Shown here piece after piece: positions 35,381 through 38,208 of a stretch of 38,208 nucleotides of DNA. Made by a program: the position numbers and the translations under genes. Position 1 is the stretch's first letter. Each line of letters starts with the position of its first letter. Source of the DNA: Eubacteriales bacterium (GTDB lineage: Bacteria; Bacillota; Clostridia; Oscillospirales; JAAYXM01); the NCBI GenBank assembly GCA_045595605.1, contig JAZOAS010000133.1, positions 1-38,208 on the forward strand, given 5' to 3'. A model generated the notes under the pieces. That model did not search any database and was not told where the DNA came from. It saw only the letters and a list, made by a program, of their open reading frames with translations.

Positions 35381-35572
35381 ATAGGAAAAAATAAAAAGGA
35401 CGGTGAGAATAATGGACGCAGGCGGTAGTAGAAGCGCATCTGATGGGCGAAGTTTTGGCGCCGTTTGGCGTTTGTTATTCGTTGCCGCAAAAGGATAGAT
35501 TTGCGGTTTTCTTATCTTTGCCCTTTATGTGCCTTTGCTTCCTGAAACTTATTAAAAGGAGGAAAGGAATTT
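35381..35572 (+). promoter_or_regulatory. Structured mgtE 5' leader with a 28-codon uORF (35412-35498) and an SD-sequestering hairpin
   Basis: Stem 35407-35426/35460-35480. Anti-SD CCTTTGCTTCCT (35532-35543) pairs with AGGAGGAAAGG (35557-35567). Confidence 0.5.
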
Positions 35573-36922
35573 ATGGGAGAGACAACTGCTGCACTTGAAA
35601 AAACTATACTTGCACTTCTCGATGACCGGAAATATCCGACCCTTCGAGATGTGCTCAATACCATGGCACCGGCTGATATTGCGATTTTGCTCGACGAGAT
35701 TCCGAGAGAGCGTATGCCGCTTCTTTTCAGGCTCCTTACAAAGGAGCTTGCGGCTGAGACCTTTGTTGAGATGGATGCCGACCTTCAGGAGCTTCTCATC
35801 AAGGGCTTTTCCGACAGTGAGCTCAAAGAGGTTGTCGATGAGCTTTATGTTGACGATGCGGTTGACATCGTTGAGGAAATGCCAGCAAATGTCGTAAAGC
35901 GAATCCTTCGCCAGGCAGACCCGGATATGAGAAAGATGATAAATGAAATTTTGAAGTATCCTGACGATTCTGCCGGAAGTATTATGACAACCGAATATGT
36001 AAATTTCCGCCCCGACCTTAAAGTGTCGGAGGCAATATTGCACCTCAGGCGTGCAGGCGTCGATAAGGAAACTATCTACACCTGCTATGTCACGGAGCGC
36101 GACCGTAAGCTTACGGGTATCGTTACCGTGCGCCGTCTTCTTATGGCAGACGACGAGGCTGAGATTCGCGATATTATGGAAGAGAATGTTCTTTCGGTAC
36201 ACACGCTTGATGACCGAGAGGATGTTGCAAACCAGTTTGCTAAATACGGTCTTCTTGCGCTTCCTGTTGTTGATAACGAGCAGAGGCTTGTCGGTATTGT
36301 CACTATCGACGACGCTATCGAGGTTATCCGTGAAGAGGCGACAGAGGATATCGAAAAAATGGCGGCTATTACGCCGTCGGATAAGCCGTATCTGAAGACG
36401 AGCGCATTTGAGCTCTTTAAAGCCCGAATCCCGTGGCTTATGCTCCTTATGCTTTCTTCTGCGTTTACGAGCCTTATCATAACGCGGTTTGAATCGGCGC
36501 TTGCAGCGACCGGAATACTTGCAGCCTACATCCCGATGCTTATGGGTACGGGCGGTAACTCAGGTAGCCAGTCGTCAGTCGCGGTAATCCGAAGTCTTTC
36601 GCTTGACGAGGTTGACTTTTCGGACATCTTCCGCGTTCAGTGGAAGGAAATAAGAGTTTCCGTGCTCTGCGGTATTGCGCTTGCTGTGGTAAACTTTATA
36701 AAGCTTATGCTTCTTGACAGAGTCGGAGTTTCGGTTTCGCTTGTCGTATCAATCGCGCTTGCGGTTACCGTTTTTACGGCGAAGTTTGTCGGATGTTCGC
36801 TTCCGATTCTTTCAAAGAAACTTAAGTTTGACCCTGCCGTTATGGCGAGTCCGCTTATCACAACGATAGTTGACTCATTATCGCTTCTTATTTATTTCTA
36901 CATCGCATCAATATTGTTATAA
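35573..36922 (+). CDS. mgtE: Magnesium transporter MgtE
   Basis: Acidic N-domain, AGSIMT, CBS pair, RIPWL, GGNSGSQ, DPAVMASPLITTIVD. Confidence 0.96.
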   Translation: MGETTAALEKTILALLDDRKYPTLRDVLNTMAPADIAILLDEIPRERMPLLFRLLTKELAAETFVEMDADLQELLIKGFSDSELKEVVDELYVDDAVDIVEEMPANVVKRILRQADPDMRKMINEILKYPDDSAGSIMTTEYVNFRPDLKVSEAILHLRRAGVDKETIYTCYVTERDRKLTGIVTVRRLLMADDEAEIRDIMEENVLSVHTLDDREDVANQFAKYGLLALPVVDNEQRLVGIVTIDDAIEVIREEATEDIEKMAAITPSDKPYLKTSAFELFKARIPWLMLLMLSSAFTSLIITRFESALAATGILAAYIPMLMGTGGNSGSQSSVAVIRSLSLDEVDFSDIFRVQWKEIRVSVLCGIALAVVNFIKLMLLDRVGVSVSLVVSIALAVTVFTAKFVGCSLPILSKKLKFDPAVMASPLITTIVDSLSLLIYFYIASILL

Positions 36923-36956
36923 AAAACAGCACCGTCGTACGGCGGTGCTGTTTTTT
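36921..36956. terminator. Bidirectional intrinsic terminator
   Basis: AAAAAACAGCACCGTC-gtac-GGCGGTGCTGTTTTTT. Confidence 0.87.
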
Positions 36957-36958
36957 AG

Positions 36959-37762
36959 TTATGGTTGAGAAATTCGGAAATCCTTTGGGGATTTTCCGAA
37001 TTTTTCTTTAAAACGCTTTGAAAAATAAAACTGGTCGCAAAAACCGAGTGCTTCGCTTATATCGTGAATTGACATGTCGCTGTTTCTGAGAAGTTGAGAA
37101 GCTTTGAATAAAACTTCGTTGGACAAATATTCATGTACTGACAAGCCAAGTTCTTGGCGAAAGTGTTTTTCGAGAGTGCTTTTTGATACAAAAGCATGTT
37201 CGGCAAGAGCTTCGGTGGATAACTGAATCGAAAGGTTGTTATTGATGTGCGAAAGTGTTGATGAAACGCATGTAGAGAGCTTTGGTTGATTGAGCTTTAT
37301 ATCATAAGCATCAATAAAATCAAGAAGTTTGAGATAGATGATGTTTTGAAGCTTTATCGCATCGGCGGTTGAAGTACTGTTCATAAGAGAAAAAAGAAGC
37401 TCCGTTATATCTTCGTCTATCGGAAGCGTATATGGTCCGGACACGCGGGAGAGAAGGTCTGTATGGTCGATATTACATAATTTGAAGTGGAAGGCGAATT
37501 CCTCCATAAAGTCATCGCACCAGTACTTTACAGAAGTCCCTGTCGGAAGCAGATACCATTTTCCTTCTTCCATTGTGAGGGTGGTGTCACCGTTGCAGAT
37601 TACCGTTGCAGAGCCTTTTACTATATAATAAAGCTGTGAGCAGAGAATGCTTTCAGCACCGCCTTTCCACCATGAGGCGAGGTTTGCGTGGAGAAAATAG
37701 AAGAGCGAAAGGTTTAGTTTATTTGCCTCTTCGCAAAGGGTTGGATTGTGGTCAACCGACAT
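36959..37762 (-). CDS. AraC family transcriptional regulator (267 aa)
   Basis: LGFCDQFYFSKRFKEKFGKSPKDFR. ATG 37762 after AAGGTGGTG. Confidence 0.92.
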   Translation of the reverse strand: MSVDHNPTLCEEANKLNLSLFYFLHANLASWWKGGAESILCSQLYYIVKGSATVICNGDTTLTMEEGKWYLLPTGTSVKYWCDDFMEEFAFHFKLCNIDHTDLLSRVSGPYTLPIDEDITELLFSLMNSTSTADAIKLQNIIYLKLLDFIDAYDIKLNQPKLSTCVSSTLSHINNNLSIQLSTEALAEHAFVSKSTLEKHFRQELGLSVHEYLSNEVLFKASQLLRNSDMSIHDISEALGFCDQFYFSKRFKEKFGKSPKDFRISQP

Positions 37763-37917
37763 ATAACTCACCACCTTACTGAAAAGTTACTTTTATAATA
37801 ACACACCGCATATGGACTTTCAATATATATTACTCAAAAACACATATTTTTAATTCTATATTTAATGTGATTTGAGAGTGTATAAAGATATAATTCAGGT
37901 GAAAGGACGGTGCTTGT

Positions 37918-38208
37918 ATGGAGATTATTAAAAAAATATCCGAAAAGGCGAAAAACATACCCGGAACAAAAGTTCCGACAATTGCATTTTTAGGTGACAG
38001 TGTCACCCAGGGCTGTTTTGAGATTTTTATGGAAAATGAAAAATGGTTCGGGAGTGCGTATGACTACAAAAATGTTTATCATGCGCGCGTGAAAGAAATG
38101 CTTGGTATTCTGTTTCCCTCAGCTCCGATAAATATCATAAACGCAGGTGTGGGAGGCGAAAGTGCAAAGGACGGTCTTGCGAGACTTTCGCGGGATGTGC
38201 TTGCATAT
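37918..38208 (+). CDS. SGNH/GDSL hydrolase, 3' partial
   Basis: MEIIKK...IAFLGDSVTQG (block I), INAGVGG (block II). Open to the window end. Confidence 0.88.
   Translation, partial: MEIIKKISEKAKNIPGTKVPTIAFLGDSVTQGCFEIFMENEKWFGSAYDYKNVYHARVKEMLGILFPSAPINIINAGVGGESAKDGLARLSRDVLAY

Noticed and set aside
35381-35572. M-box (ykoK) riboswitch
   Set aside because: The conserved M-box segments I recall (GGUGAGGCUCCU, GUCGAAAGAC, UAAGG) are absent.
1-38208. CRISPR array, tRNA/rRNA, IS or prophage
   Set aside because: Intergenic gaps are short and explained by promoters or terminators; no repeat-spacer pattern, cloverleaf, transposase or integrase seen.

Overview
Gene-dense chromosomal window from an anaerobic, spore-forming Bacillota (Clostridia-like; inferred from ytvI, a SPOCS-LysM coat gene, sigma-A-type promoters and a 2-oxoacid:ferredoxin oxidoreductase). 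I saw no rRNA, tRNA, CRISPR array, IS or phage. Contents in order: a branched-chain acid/amino-acid cluster (acyl-CoA synthetase, ilvE, P-loop ATPase, four-subunit Vor-type oxidoreductase); a low-GC two-gene patch; an amidohydrolase-AlaX-(Tet/EF-G-like GTPase fused to a Rae1/YacP NYN nuclease)-glycerate kinase-C69 peptidase run; a PRTase and a GNAT; an AraC gene divergent from a hypothetical-PTER-like-M24 operon; udp, MntR-like regulator, ytvI; thrR-hom-lysC; thiN; sipL-like gene plus UPF0016 transporter; EIIC-like, YibE/F, HAD, nth, a 42-aa small ORF, dCMP deaminase, orphan ABC ATPase, YitT; nagA; mgtE with a structured uORF leader; a second AraC paralog and a partial SGNH hydrolase. Best leads: the GTPase-NYN/AlaX translation quality-control module, the PTER-like/metal-degenerate M24 catabolic operon, and the non-M-box mgtE leader. 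All family calls come from motifs recognised by eye, not database searches.
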